Shown piece after piece: positions 14,139-27,669 of a stretch of DNA of 64,000 nt (positions are counted from its first letter, which is position 1; each line of letters starts with the position of its first letter). Location: assembly GCF_037042905.1 (NCBI RefSeq), contig NC_087249.1:9302001-9366000 (forward strand). Direction: 5' to 3'. The translations under genes were made by a program, and so were the position numbers. The DNA comes from Lytechinus pictus. Lineage: Eukaryota. The notes below the pieces were generated by a model. That model saw only the letters and a list, made by a program, of their open reading frames with translations. It made no database searches and was not told where the DNA came from.

Positions 14139-14380
14139 CACTGCAAAAACGCTGGTGTTGATTTAACACCAGCCCGGAATCTATATATGTCCACACCAGA
14201 GAAGTGTTAAACAACACCAGTTTCGTTTTGGTCTAACACCAGATAGGTGTTTATAAAACACCAATTAGTATTAAAACAGCATCGGTTTGATTCCAAACTG
14301 GTGTTGTTTCAATACTTATCTGGTGTGGACATATATAGATTCCGGGCTGGTGTTAAATCAACACCGGAGTTTTTGCAGTG
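14139..14380. mobile_element. Near-perfect fold-back MITE
   Basis: About 60-bp nearly perfect arms CACTGCAAAAAC...GGTGTTGATTTAACACCAGCCCGGAATCTATATATGTCCACACCAGA and its reverse complement; related copy at 63043-63266. Confidence 0.9.
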
Positions 14381-15844
14381 CAAGAATCCACTTTAATTTA
14401 ATAAATAGACTCCGTTCAGTGGGTAAACACCCGGGTTATTGATGAATATCTGACTTTTAAAGAACAATTCCTCCACCTTGACCACAACAAAATGATGTCG
14501 TCCACAAAAATATGATGGGGGAAATAACGATATCGCTTAGCAGAAAGTCAGACTACCGAACATCATCGTTGTTTACTCGATACGATCTCAAGGGTATCGA
14601 GTGAAAATGTCACCCGTCGTCTGCACTTGTCACCTCGCCATGCTTTCTCACATCCAGCCGTATCCATGGTTACAGAACTTCATCTCTCACACTGCACCCC
14701 ACCTGTATATGTTATCGAGTATGCGAGGGGCGGTGTGCATCGCGGCCTACTTACATACGAACCCGAAAATGCGTGGGCGTATTTTGAATTTTAGTTCGGA
14801 AATACAATGTTAACTGTGCACAGCGCTGTACGAGTGTAACATTATGTATACCTACTAGCATGCGTATTATATTTAAAAAAATACACAAAAAACATATATC
14901 TATCACTCTCAGACTTGTTAGAGATCAAAGTACTAACAGCTCTAATTATTTTGTTGAACTTTCCGTTGGAACGTGATTTATTAAGCACGAGCTCTCACTC
15001 TCAGAAAAGAAGAAGAGGATGATGATTTAAAGGAGCAAAGCTGTTACTTTGTTCAGCCGATATTTATTTCATTACAGATGAAAATACAAATATTTAAAAT
15101 AGTTTTATAATTAATGGTGGCTGCCAGGTCTACACTCCATAATTCAGACCTGAATATTGTCTGAATTAAAAATGAAACAGGTTGATAATCATTACAAATG
15201 AAAAGGATATAGATATTGTGAATAATAATATCAACTATTTTTCTCCTTTAATTTTTTCAAATTTCAATACGTTGGTCTTGATGACGGGTATTTATTGCTC
15301 TATAGTCCTACATACATACATTCAATCAATACTAAAAAGACATTCGTTAGGAATAGTGATAAAAAACAGTTTAGTTTTACAATATACATGTATAACAAGA
15401 ATATAATTAAATGTCCAATCACATACATATTTGATGATTATGACAGGGCAATATTCAAAAACTTATAAAGTCACGTAGCAGTTGTGAAATGAAGAAAAAA
15501 ATCCACTCTCACGTGGCATTATAGGCAAAAGGAATGATAATGACTTTCACCACGGGGAGGATTTTAGTCATAAAGGTATAGAACTGCCCTGAGGAGGGAT
15601 CGCTATGCATACAATCACATGAGTAAAAACTACTAAAAAGCATGATGATTGTCACAATTAATCATCCACTTTAGGTTGACTTTATATCACAAGTCCATGC
15701 GTCTGTTATATCATTTATTTATTGATTTATTCATATCATTTTCGGGGAGGGATGGGGAGAGTTGTGGTTAAGAAGTACAGGTCGTTCTGTTAATGTTTTC
15801 TGTCGATTTTCATATACAATTTTTACGGAAAATAGCAGGTTTAA

Positions 15845-15879
<35 letters not shown>

Positions 15880-16160
15880 GTGAGAAATTATACATGGACA
15901 ACAGCTTTGGCAACTCTTTTATTTAAATATTTTGTGAAAGAAATGGATGAAGAGAACAATGGTAGGCGTAGCTTAAATCAAGGTTCCTCAGAGCTATCTG
16001 CACTTTTGGAAAAATTGGTGATGCCGAAAAAAAAAGCCGGGCCCCCAGCTTGGAACGCCGGTGCCTTAACCACTAGACCACAGAGACGGGTTAGTGGCTA
16101 TAGGGCGACCCCGATCCGATTTACCGTCAGATAAACAGATTTTTGACACTATACCCATTC

Positions 16161-16340
16161 TAATTTCCAATAACACACCTAGTTACCAAGAATGCATATA
16201 GCATTTTATTTGAATGCAGGATAAAATAGCATTGTCGAATGAATGCCTTTCTCACGGAGAAAGGAGCAGCGGCCAGGGATCGAATCCCGGACTTTCCATG
16301 TATAGCCAGGCGCCTTAGACCACTCGGCCACGGCACCTCC
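16161..16340 (-). mobile_element. tRNA-derived SINE (same family as 25598-25790)
   Basis: Minus-strand head GGAGGTGCCGTGGCCGAGTGGTCTAAGGCGCCTGG...GGGATTCGATCCC; aligns by eye along its length with the plus-strand copy at 25598. Confidence 0.85.
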
Positions 16341-17949
16341 ACTAAATAATGGTTTAGTGATATGTGGTTATCGTCATAAGATTAAATCGTGCTAGGAGGG
16401 TCTCAAACTGATTGGGAAATTGTGATTTTAATGCATCTAAAGTTTAGTGTATGCTGTGATTTTTTTTAAAGATTTCGCAATAAAAAGAAATGGCCAGAAA
16501 TCCGCTCTACTTTTCTGAGGTACTAGATACAAGATATAATGGGAATGCATATTAGTATCATATTAGCTGTTTTTTTTTTTTTTTTTTGGGGGGGGGGGGT
16601 CATATTTTGAAAATTAGAGCATCTGAAAAGAATTGCTTAGTTTATGCACCCTTTATTTTAATTTCTTTTATCTTTGTTTATTGATTTGTATAATGTTTAT
16701 TTATATGTACCATGTAATTTTTGTGTGTATCATAATATATTCCAAATTATTTTGTGCGAAAATTTTGAATTTCGATTTGTAATTGATTGCATCATAGGCA
16801 ATAAAAATATCTGAATCTGAATTTTAAATACATACATACACACACACCACACACCACACACCCTCACACACACCCTCACATACATATATATATATATATA
16901 TATATATCGTTATATATATATATATAGATATATATAATTTTCTTCCTGCATGAAAAGGTCCTGTAAACTCACAATGAATGTCGTTCCTACAAAAGGAGTA
17001 TTTTGCAAGGTGGGTAACCTTATTTTCATGAATAAATGATGAAAATCCCCATTTAACGACGGGAATATAAAATATGATTTTTTTTATTATTGATACCAGC
17101 CACTCTTCTCAGTGAGGTTATTTGTACATATCATAGAGGCGACGGGTCTATCTTTTTTTTAACAGGTTATTGAAGTTATAACTGTACGTTATATAGGATG
17201 AAGAGGAGGGTAAGAGAGACTATATAGAGGAGAGGGTTCGTGGTCGTAGTGTGTATTTGTGCGTGGGAGTGTGTGTGTGTGTATGCTGAGCCTGGGTGGA
17301 TGTGTGTATCGAGGGTGTGAGTGTCAGAGTATGCGTGAATGTGCCGTGTCAGAGAGGGAGGGAGTGGGATAAGCACGCACACTGTCGCGCACACACACCC
17401 TCATCCCCTCCCACACACACACTCCACCAGACGCTACACGTACCATCATACACAGTGTAAACTGTAAACACTAGTTTAAATAATCTACTCTAAGCACAGA
17501 GAGAGAGAGAGAGAGAGAGCATTAAAACTTAAGATTGCAGGGGTAAATAAAAAATTTAAGTCAGAGTAAATAGAGCAGGGTTTATGTCTGGTCCCATTAG
17601 ACGAGGTGTAATGACTGCATTGACCCATCCTAAACGAGTTACACCCCTATGTGAAGATGTTCATAAATGTGATTACACCCTAGATATCTTTATGGTCTCT
17701 TAACCCCCATGAAAATATTACCCTCGATAACTATTCACATTGCCCTACAAGGATATATGTCAACAAAATTAATGAAACAAATGAAATGATAAAGCCATGA
17801 ATACTCTAATCACTCTGATCAGTGTTTTTATTATATCTTAATCTCTTTATGATATTTATTGTTTTATTCTCAGCTCTTGTTCGTGCATGGACTATTTTGT
17901 AGGTCAATGGCTCGTTTGATTCAAGATATGCCACTGAACATCACTCTTA

Positions 17950-18152
17950 TGGGGTGTTGCAAGAAAGTCTATTTTTGGTCCCTAAATCAATCATATGTCT
18001 TGCAGTTGATTGCAAATTAGTGATTGCTTGCTAATCTGCTCCTTGAAACAAGAAGTTTAATCTGATTTGCTACAGCTAACGCTGATCTATCAGTTGTAAA
18101 ATTGCAACAGAATATTTGCAATTGATCGCAAATATTTTCTTGCAACACCCCC
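17950..18152. mobile_element. PIF/Harbinger-like MITE
   Basis: TIRs GGGGTGTTGCAAGAAA / TTTCTTGCAACACCCC; TTA at 17947-17949 and 18153-18155. Confidence 0.85.
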
Positions 18153-18738
18153 TTAGTCTTGTGATAACATCAGAAAGTTGCTTAGCAATTTCACAAACAA
18201 ACTAAAATAAACTTCATTGTCATTGTGCTGTTAAAAACAAAGCAAAACAAAAAATCCGCCCCTGGAACGATATTGCGTAACATCATCATGGGTTTTAAAC
18301 TGAAAGATGATCATGATGAATCGCTTCGGTCATTTATGAAAAAATATAAAGAAATTAGTGACTTAATTTTCATGACTTAAGGCGGGCCCCTGGACACACA
18401 CCTAACAATATAGCGTCGTTTACGCTATCGCTAGGGAAAACACGATGTGTAATGCTTGTCTCATATATTTTTTTTACTATATCCTTATCAATCGTGTCAT
18501 ATAGAACAATATCCACCGTGGGGTATATATTCCATCACGTACTATGATTCATACCCTCAGCCTCCCCCGTAACGCCACAATCAATGTGGTGTATTGTACA
18601 AAGATGCTCCGTGCATCTACCCCATGCACTGGTAATACCATGACTACACTGAGCCCAAGTGATGCTGGTATTTTGATTAGTCTGTGCTTGCAGACGTCCT
18701 TCATCAAAAACATTATATTTGTCGCTCTATTTTTTTTA

Positions 18739-18942
18739 CACTCTAAAAAATGAAATGTTAAATCAACAATATATTGAAAGGCTGGAGGAGTGACAACCTT
18801 TCAAATTGTTATATTCAACCTTGCATGAAACTATGAATCCAACAATTTAAGTGTCGGGTTGAACGATTTAAGGTGGTAAATGCAACATAAGAAAAGGTTG
18901 TCAATCTCTCAATTGTTGATTTATCATTTCATTTTTAGAGTG
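18739..18942. mobile_element. MITE (CACTCTAAAAA terminus)
   Basis: CACTCTAAAAAATGAAATGTTAAATCAACAAT / ATTGTTGATTTATCATTTCATTTTTAGAGTG. Confidence 0.85.
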
Positions 18943-18953
18943 CATGTACTAGT

Positions 18954-19134
18954 GTGTATTTGAGTTTTGTTAGACGTGTATCAATCAGATATGATTATTT
19001 ACGTCTGGGACCGACCTTTAACGTCACCATCCGAAAGACGTGGCCAGGGCTCGAACCTCGAGCCTCTGCATCAATTTGTAACTTCCCCCACATAGCTTGG
19101 ATTACAGGCGCACGCCACAACACCCAACGCCACA
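18954..19134 (-). mobile_element. SINE with a 7SL-RNA-like (Alu-domain) head
   Basis: Minus strand from 19128 reads GTTGGGTGTTGTGGCGTGCGCCTGTAATCCAAGCTA, then a B-box-like GGTTCGAGCCC and GTCTTTCGGATGGTGACGTTAAA. ACTAGT flanks it at 18948-18953 and 19135-19140. Confidence 0.65.
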
Positions 19135-20002
19135 ACTAGTAATAATCTAAGACTGTGATGTAATTTGCAAGTGTAATATTTACTAGTAATAAATGCTTTT
19201 TCATTTTATCAGAATGAAAAGGGGATAAACAAAATGTCAATACTTATTAACAAATTATAGCGCATACCATAATATTGATTAAATGTAGGTACGTTGTTTC
19301 TTAACGTAACTAAGTAAACAGTTTTTGGCCTAGTTTTACGTGCAAAGATGCACCCAGACAACTTGAAAATATGGTTAAAATAATGGTGTTGGTTGAAATA
19401 TAAAGTTCAGACTGTCCATAGCTGTGAAAATTTTAACTTCAAACAAAATAACTGGTAGGTTTGTAATAATCCACTAAATTATTTTTTGAAGAGTGAAATT
19501 ATAGTCAAAGTAAACAAAAATAATAATAAAAATAGGAAATGGACAAATTTTGAGTGCGAGAGTTGTGAATCAGCTTTCACCAAGAAAATTCGATGTAATT
19601 GGCCCACTGTCTACTTTCATTATTTGTATGCAACTTTATAAATGGGATAGATTATATAAGAGTGACTGTAAGCAAGACTAGTAGTTACATTCAGTTTCAA
19701 TCGATAAAATCGTTTTATCGATTTTCTGTCCAAGTCGAGGCTAGACGGGACAGCGCGTGGACAGCTCCAGGCAACAAGCCCCTCCCACTGCCCCCACACG
19801 AAGTGTCAGGAACCTCCACAGCTTACCTGGTATAGAAAGATGTTGTTAATGGTTACTTACTCCTCAGTACTTTTGTTTTTATAATATAGGTTAGGAATTG
19901 TGTTTGTAAACATGATAGACACAAACACACACACATACATATAGTATTACGATATTTCATTATAACAATTCAATTTTCTTTAGTCCTTCAAAAATCAAAA
20001 AT

Positions 20003-20577
20003 TTAAATGACAATTCCACCACAACAAAAAGTTGGTTTGAATTTAAACAAATAATAACAATAAACAAATAATAAATCAAACAAGCGTAACACTGAAAATT
20101 TCATCAAAATCGGATGTGAAATAAGAAAGTTATGACATTTTTAAGTTTCTGGTCGGTATGCAAATGAGGGAACTGATCACGTCACACACATTTTGTATTT
20201 TATTATGAAATATTATTTTCTCCTCATTGTCCTGTTAAAACAAGTTTTATTCATCCTTGGACATGTGGATTTGCCGTTGTTTTAACATTTTGTGGTTCAG
20301 AAATGTTGGTCCTTATCGATGGTCAAATCTGTAAAACTTGAAATATGGTATAATTTAAACAATAAAAAAAAAAAAAAAAAATAGTGAGTGACAGACATCA
20401 TCAACTCTCTCATTTGCATATCACTGAGTTGTGCAAACTTGGTGAAAAATAAGGGGAACTTTCAAACGTCATAACTTTAATATTTTACATCTGATTTTGA
20501 TGAAATTTTCAGCGTTATGCTTGTTTTTTTTCTATTAATTCAAATCAGCATTTTTCCGGGGTGGACTTGACCTTTAA
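20003..20577. mobile_element. TTAA-flanked Kolobok-like MITE, copy 1
   Basis: Ends TTAAATGACAATTCCACC / GGGGTGGACTTGACCTTTAA; long inverted arms (GAAAATTTCATCAAAATCGGATGT / ACATCTGATTTTGATGAAATTTTC); colinear with 61786-62382. Confidence 0.9.
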
Positions 20578-22372
20578 AAGAATATTTGGTATAGGCCTAT
20601 TGCAAAAACATTTCGAAGTAGCACGAAGATCGGCACATTGAGTGGTTACGTGGTAAATAGCAAGGTTCGTAATAGAATTGTGCATTTTGACTTTATCCTT
20701 TTCTCAAGCAAGTCTATGTATTATCAGCGATTTTAAGTTGAAGTAAATTCTTCTTCTTTTTTATTTATATAAATATATTATATCATGAAACTTAATAACC
20801 TGCTATGGTTTGGTTTGAATAATTCAAAGCGAACAAGTTAAAACATGCAAGTTTTCTTCTTAAACCATGCATGTATATACAATCGATGAATCCATGCACG
20901 TAATGATTTTCGTTACAAAGCGATATCTCCTGAGGAGAGGCCCATTTATTTGCATTTTAAAGGTCAAATAGAATTTGTATTTGCCATTAATGAACAAAAA
21001 ACTCAGCATGGCCTCTAATTTTCATTTGCTCATTATTGTGTAATAACGTTTCTCCCTTGCGGGAACTAATGTACCGTTATCGTGGTTATTTCGATATTAA
21101 GGCGCACTGAGAAGCTGTATACCTACTTAAAGATCAATAAAATAAAGATTACTTGGAGGGAGGAAAGGAAGGGGGGTAGTAGATGAATTCTACTTTTTTA
21201 TATTAAAGATATGTTTAAGATATAAAGGCTCGTTCAGTATTATAATGTCAACGTCATTCAAGACTGTTAAAGTGAGTTGAGAGAGAGAAAGCGGGAGCTA
21301 AACATACTAGAGACATTAATATAAGAGAAAAAAGTGAAGAAAGTTTGCGAAGAGACCAACACGGAAAGGGGGCAGAGTGAAAGAGATAAGAGCGTTTGGG
21401 ATCATGTGCAAGATGGTGTGTGCGTGCACTGACATACACTCTTGTAATTTGACAATTGGGGACTCATTTATCATTAATCGCCAAAGTGGGGGCGTGTGTT
21501 AGTGGTATCACACTCTCAAAATGTTATTAAATCCACTAAACCCCCACAACCGAGCCCATTTTCGGTCATAACTTTAGCATAGCATAAAGCACTGACCGGG
21601 GACTCTTCCTACCCCCTTATACACACAGCCTGGGTGTATTGGCCGGGTGGGATCTCTTTTTACAAACCATGCGTTTACTATAAGAAACGGCTCAAATGAG
21701 ATAAGGGATTGATTGGACTGTGGACGTCCCCAGGTAATGGGTAAAATGTAAGAAATAACCTCCAAGAAGGAGGTCATTACACACTCTGGCATCTTTAGGA
21801 CTTCCTATTCAACTTTGCATTTTCAAACGAGTACACACAGCGAACCGAGGACGTCCTCGGTTCGCAAATCGTCGCGACGCATGGTTAATTAGTATGTGTG
21901 TGAGTTTTTGTGGGGTGCGGGAGGAGGATACAGAAGTGTGTGTGATGCTGCATTTTCACATGGATGCAATTTAATGTAGTGTTTTTGAAATGGGCTTTAA
22001 TAATGCGGTAAAGTCACTCCTCTGGCTGGTGGAAAGAAAAGTCCCTGTATATTTTGATGTCAAACCAAACAGAGCCCAACCCCCTTGATTACATCAATAG
22101 ATTCGCCTTCAAAATAGCAGCGCGTGGGTATTTGAATGACAACAGTGGTGTACTACATTCTTTCATTGCTAGATCATATTGAAAGAGAAACTGGTGTTGG
22201 TACTATACTCGGTGTTAGAACGTGATAATAGGTTGTCTAGACAATTTGTAATGTAATAATACGGATAGCCTTTTCTTAAAAAAAACCCGCTAAGTTAATT
22301 GTCAATTGTATTATTCACATGAATTAAACCTTGGCATGCCTTCAATCATGTCAAATAGGTGAGTTTATATTG

Positions 22373-22419
<47 letters not shown>

Positions 22420-22517
22420 GTATGTCTATACATAAATATGTGTATATTCATACCTTGGTCAGATCGGTGTCAAGTTTGAGCACTCTTGGAAGCCTCAACC
22501 AATCCCATGCCAAGTGG

Positions 22518-22548
<31 letters not shown>

Positions 22549-23689
22549 GGCCCTTCACCGTATATATATATATTGATAAGAAAGTATTACTTGATTGATT
22601 AATACATTTACTACTGATTTTTCTTAAACTGCGGCATATTTCATTTTCCCCCAACTAATAGAATTGCATTGATTTTGTATCCATCTTCAATTCATTTGCT
22701 AAAAATTGAAATATCAGCTTATGAAAAGATGGTGTTTTTTACAAAAAGTCCGCAGAAACCCCTTAAACATGTCAAAAGTTTCAAGATGTTTTATTTGATT
22801 ATGTTATGATGAATTTGAAATGGAACAAGTATGATATAATAAGAATAATTCAAACACATCTGTCTTTTATATTTTTAACAGCTGATTGGGTTCCACGCAA
22901 TAGTATTATAATCTCGAAATATTTCCAAACAACCAGTTTCAGTCTTGAATAATTCAACGAGATTTCGCAACGAGTCCTGTAATTCGTTCTTTATTTTTGT
23001 CACAATGAATGCCTCTGTTTGTGTTGGATTTTCCTCATTGAAAATACGAAAATACATGCAAAATGAAAGAACCACTTTGTCACCAGCACGTTGTATTTCA
23101 ACAATTGTATTGCACGTGATAAATGACTTGAGACGTTGCCAATTTTGTATTTAAACATTTGAAAAAAAAATCACTCCAATATTTTTCGGACGATGTAAAC
23201 TTTATAGAATGAAAAGAGTTCTTAACCACCAAAGTACACAGAACTTTGTGAGATCATGGTAGACACAGTGCAATGAGCATAGACAAGTTTCGACGGCAAA
23301 TTTAAGGAACGAGTATAATGATTGGTGTCTTTTTTTCTTTCACCTCAAAGAAAAGAATGTCTCTTCAAAATGTTTTTTAAAGAGACGTTTGTAATATCTG
23401 AAAAAATAATAGGATTAAAACCGTTTTATATTCAAACATGTCATTGACCATTAACTTTTGATTCATTATCCAAGGAGGCACTCGATTTAGAATATTCCCT
23501 ATTTCGCTCACTCTCTTAAGTCACTCAATGACGAAATACATTTCTTTTACTTTGAAAAGAAAAAGATGTTTGTTTGGTTGTCAAGGAACAAAAACTTGAA
23601 GACTAAAAAGGGGGTTTAGATGCTCAAGTAAATACAATAACTGCTTGTTTATTGTTTTAGTAGAAGACAGGTACCCAGACCATTTCTGT

Positions 23690-24565
23690 CAAAACCATTG
23701 GTACTCCTTGATGTTCAGTACCGGAATTATCAGATACCAACCATCTCAAGCACTCATTATCACCATTGGTACCAAGCATTGGTATACCATTTCCATAAAA
23801 AAAACATCATCATCGATACCAACGTCATTATTACCATGGATAACACCACCATCAGTGCCATCACCTTTGGTACCACAACCATTGGTACTATAAACCTCTA
23901 GTACTATATTCATTGTTACCATCTCCATTGTTACCATCACCATCAACACCATTACCAAAATATTACCAATGTATACCATCACCATCGGTACCAACAGTAA
24001 TGTAACTTTAACCATCGTTACCATTTCATTACTGTTATCATAACGATACCATACCATCAGTTTCATAAACGTTGGTACCACGCAGGACCATCAGTTCGAT
24101 AACAATCGGTACCACCATAATCGGTACTAGTTTGCTGTGCAAACCCTTTACACGAGTTAAGGGTCTAAATGTGCAGCCTACTCATGCCTTGTGTACTGAA
24201 GGAATTGAAACAGCAAGTTTTGTATGTGCTAGTCTTTGAGTGGAGACACACTTGCTGATCAAAGTTTCAATCATGGTCTGTGCCTGCAGACTAAATCGGT
24301 ACAACACCATTGATGCCGTCAATGGTGTCATCGCTAATATAGGTCCTACTCATTACCATCACAGTGGTGTGTCGTCACAACTAGCACCATCACTTTCGGT
24401 ACCAAACCATTATATCCCTAACATTGGTATCAACCCTATGGTGTCATCACCATCAATTGCGTCATTACCCTAACAATTTGTGTCACCACAATTATAGGTA
24501 CCACCAGCATTGCTTCTAAACCATCTGTAGGTACCCTACCATTGATGTAATCACAATCGGTACCA
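23690..24565. repeat. Degenerate ACCAT(C/T)/GGTACC low-complexity repeat tract
   Basis: Recurrent ACCATC, ACCATT and (T/C)GGTACCA words, interrupted by unrelated sequence at ~24130-24295. Confidence 0.7.
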
Positions 24566-24897
24566 ACTAAGTATGTATAGTATTGATTATATACCTACCG
24601 TTTTGCTGTGTCAAGGAATCTTTTACGAAAAGACTGTGGAATATTGCCAAATCTTCAACGATCCGAAATCTCCGTTCTAACGAATCCTTTGTTTGGTACT
24701 TGACCAAATGACCTTAAATCTCCTTGGTCTATTAAACAGGTTTGGAACAAAATGACATTCCGCATTCCATTGCATTGTTTACTTTTCATTCGGGGTAAAC
24801 AAAAGGTGGTTAACTCCGCATGTCTTTTGCCTTGATATTCATGTTACGGGAGAAGAATGCGTGTAGAAATTACAGTCTCGTTTAGTACGCCAAATGT

Positions 24898-25150
24898 GGT
24901 CGTGTGGTCCAGTGATTAGACCATTGGACTCATAATCGCAAGGTTGTGAGTTCGAATCCCCACTCTGCCATTGTCTCCACTTTGATAAATAGGCCCGAGA
25001 GTAGTATCTGTCGTCTAGAAGGTCAGCCACTGTGACTGATAAACCTAGACGTAAAATGTTTCCTAGGTAATTGGTTATATACCAGCTTGGCGTTTACCAG
25101 CAAAACGCTGTCCTGCAGAGTTCCTACAGGAGTTACCATAAACAGAAACA
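24898..25150 (+). mobile_element. tRNA-derived SINE (head with CAT anticodon-like loop)
   Basis: GGTCGTGTGGTCCAGTGATTAGACCATTGGACTCATAATCGCAAGGTTGTGAGTTCGAATCC: A and B boxes with imperfect stems, followed by a non-tRNA body. The 3' boundary is approximate. Confidence 0.65.
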
Positions 25151-25597
25151 GAATGTCATATGTCGCAATGATTAGGTATGTTAAGATAACTATCAGAATA
25201 GTTATGAATTGGGCTGTTTGTTGTCAGTTGGAATTTAGATGGCAGATTTTATCAATAATTCACACATCGGTGGTTTTTGTTTACATTGCCTATGCTGGAA
25301 TGTTATGTCTACTAAATCGTGCATGTAATCTAGGCCATGGTATGATGTTGTAACTATATAGAAATTAACCATTCCTAATTATTTTACATATTTTTAATAG
25401 CTTCCATTTCTACTATAGATCAGCTCATAATGATGAAAGAAAATTTCAACTATGCCACTAATATTTCCTATTTTCCTCTCACTCTGTACAAAATTGTTTT
25501 AGGGGGTGATACAGGTAATGACAATAATAATAATGGAGGTCTTTTTTGGGGATATGACTTGTCTTGGGATCAAGATCGTGAATTCCAATTAAGGATT

Positions 25598-25790
25598 GGA
25601 GGTGCCGTGGCTGAGTGGTCTAATGCGCCTGGTTATGCATGGAAAGTTCGAGGTTCGATCCCCGGCCTCGACACATATGCCCGTGAGCAAGGCATTTAAT
25701 CGACAATGCTCTTTTATCCTCTATATATTCAAATATATAGAAATGCTAAAATTAATATGCCTTATTGGTAATTCGATGTGTACTTGTTAA
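25598..25790 (+). mobile_element. tRNA-derived SINE (same family as 16161-16340)
   Basis: GGAGGTGCCGTGGCTGAGTGGTCTAATGCGCCTGG...GGTTCGATCCCC head, shared body and A-rich end. Confidence 0.85.
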
Positions 25791-27669
25791 AAAAAAATTT
25801 TTTTTTAATAAATTATGGAGGCGCTCTCGATATATCACCGAGTTATAATGCCTAGCTCGGCATAAGAACGTATATCATGGAATGAGATGGATAAAGTGCT
25901 TCTGCCTTTTATATTTTTTTTCAAATCCAATTCAATTAAGTATTTATTGTCTTCTATTTGTCACAAAATATCATTAAATTTTGTGAATTAGTGTAAGAAG
26001 ATATGACCACACACTGACAGGTACTGTATATTTTGTCCTAGAATTTTCCTGAATTCTGGAGTACTTTTCCAGTGGCGTAATGAGCCAAAAGTTTTGAGGG
26101 GGGCAGACGTGGCGTATCGGGCAAAATCTTTAAAAAGCCGCGAGCGAACCAAAATATTCACCTAAAAATCTAATTTTAGATAGATTTTGACGTATTTTTT
26201 CTGTCTTCTTTCATTTTCTCCTTTTTTTGTTTTTGTGAAACTTTTTTTTTGGGGGGGGGGGGGTTCCCATGCCCCTACCCTCACCCTCATATGTAGGCCA
26301 GTGCGCATTTGAACATGTTTAAACCAAACAAATACTTTTGCTTATAATATTGGAAGCAGAGACTTATCTTCCCAGTAATTTGATTACCAACCCCATCTAG
26401 GAAATCGACAAAATGCGATGAAAACGAAGATGACGAAAAAAAGTACAATAATTAATAACTTCCTCCGTCACTGGTAGATTCTCCTCTAACCTTCAATTCA
26501 ATTATCAATAGCACATCTTCTTCCGTTTTCTGTATATTAGCTCTTCGATCGATCGGTGATGTTGAAGGTACACTCGAGGATTATTGAATTACCAGAATGG
26601 AGACAGGATTCTAGTACAAGGCAGTGCAATATCGTGAATGATGAATGAACTGAATTAACATTGGAATGGTTATTTTACGTCATAATTTCTTTGATACCAG
26701 CCCTCGACCCCATACTCTAAAAATCGTCATACCCCTTTTCCCGGAATGTTTCGTTTTGTAAAAGTTTCTGATCTCGGGAATGACTCAAATATACCTGCTT
26801 TGCAAACTAAGTGGAAATAAATTTGATACAAGACTTATTTTGCTCAGTAAAATTTCATAGGCATGTTGGACCACAGATCAGTCATACTTTAAAAATGGAA
26901 ACCCCTGTGATATTTCGGAACAGTACTAGAATATTCGTAAATAGTTTATATCATTTTATATGCTTTTCGAAAACACAGTTCGATGTAGTAGACTTAATTT
27001 TCAAGTAGTAGGCTTGCATCAATATGTCTTATTTATTGAAGGAAACCTTCATTAACAAGCTTTGCTTTTCAAAAAGGTTTCTTCTTCATTCCATTATCTT
27101 ATATTATAATTCGCCACTTTGTAACTTTGTTGAAATTTTGAAATGAAATAAATTCATTATCAATCAATCAAACTTCATTCTAAATTAATTAACGGAGACA
27201 TCGCAAGATTGTACTAGGATCCGGTGTGTATAGGGATATCTGCTTGGCAAAATAATTGAACGCCGTTCACATCATAAAATATACTTTTGATTGCCAGTGT
27301 TGTCCAGAATTACTGTATTTAATTCATTCATTGATATGAAACTGAAATAATTAATTATCTATTTCCCCAGGTGCACTTTTTCTCGAGGTCGTCGTTTGTT
27401 ATGACTGCACGAGCCGAAAATAGAAATGTGGAAATTTCCAGACGAGGACTCTGGACTCGAACAAACAAAATCTCTTTCGATCTTTTCAATTATTTTGTCA
27501 CCTATAGCACCAAGCAAACAGTAGGCCCTTTTATTCGATCGAAAGAGAAAGCTGAATGCACAAAACGGACTGGGAAAATTGAGGGTTAAAAAGACAAGCG
27601 AATGGAATAATACCTTTAGTGATGGGAGAGAAAGGGGTAGAGAGGGAGAGAGACAAATACAGACATTAC

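Noticed and set aside
16038..16089. tRNA gene on the minus strand
   Set aside because: Only an A box and anticodon-arm-like half are present, with no T arm; probably a SINE head fragment.
19093..19128. Human Alu contamination or a real 7SL gene
   Set aside because: Similarity stops after ~36-45 nt, there is no Alu dimer, poly(A) tail or SRP S-domain, and the flanks are native repeats.
24898..24970. Functional tRNA-Met gene
   Set aside because: Acceptor and anticodon stems pair poorly, there is no adjacent oligo-T terminator, and a SINE-like body follows.
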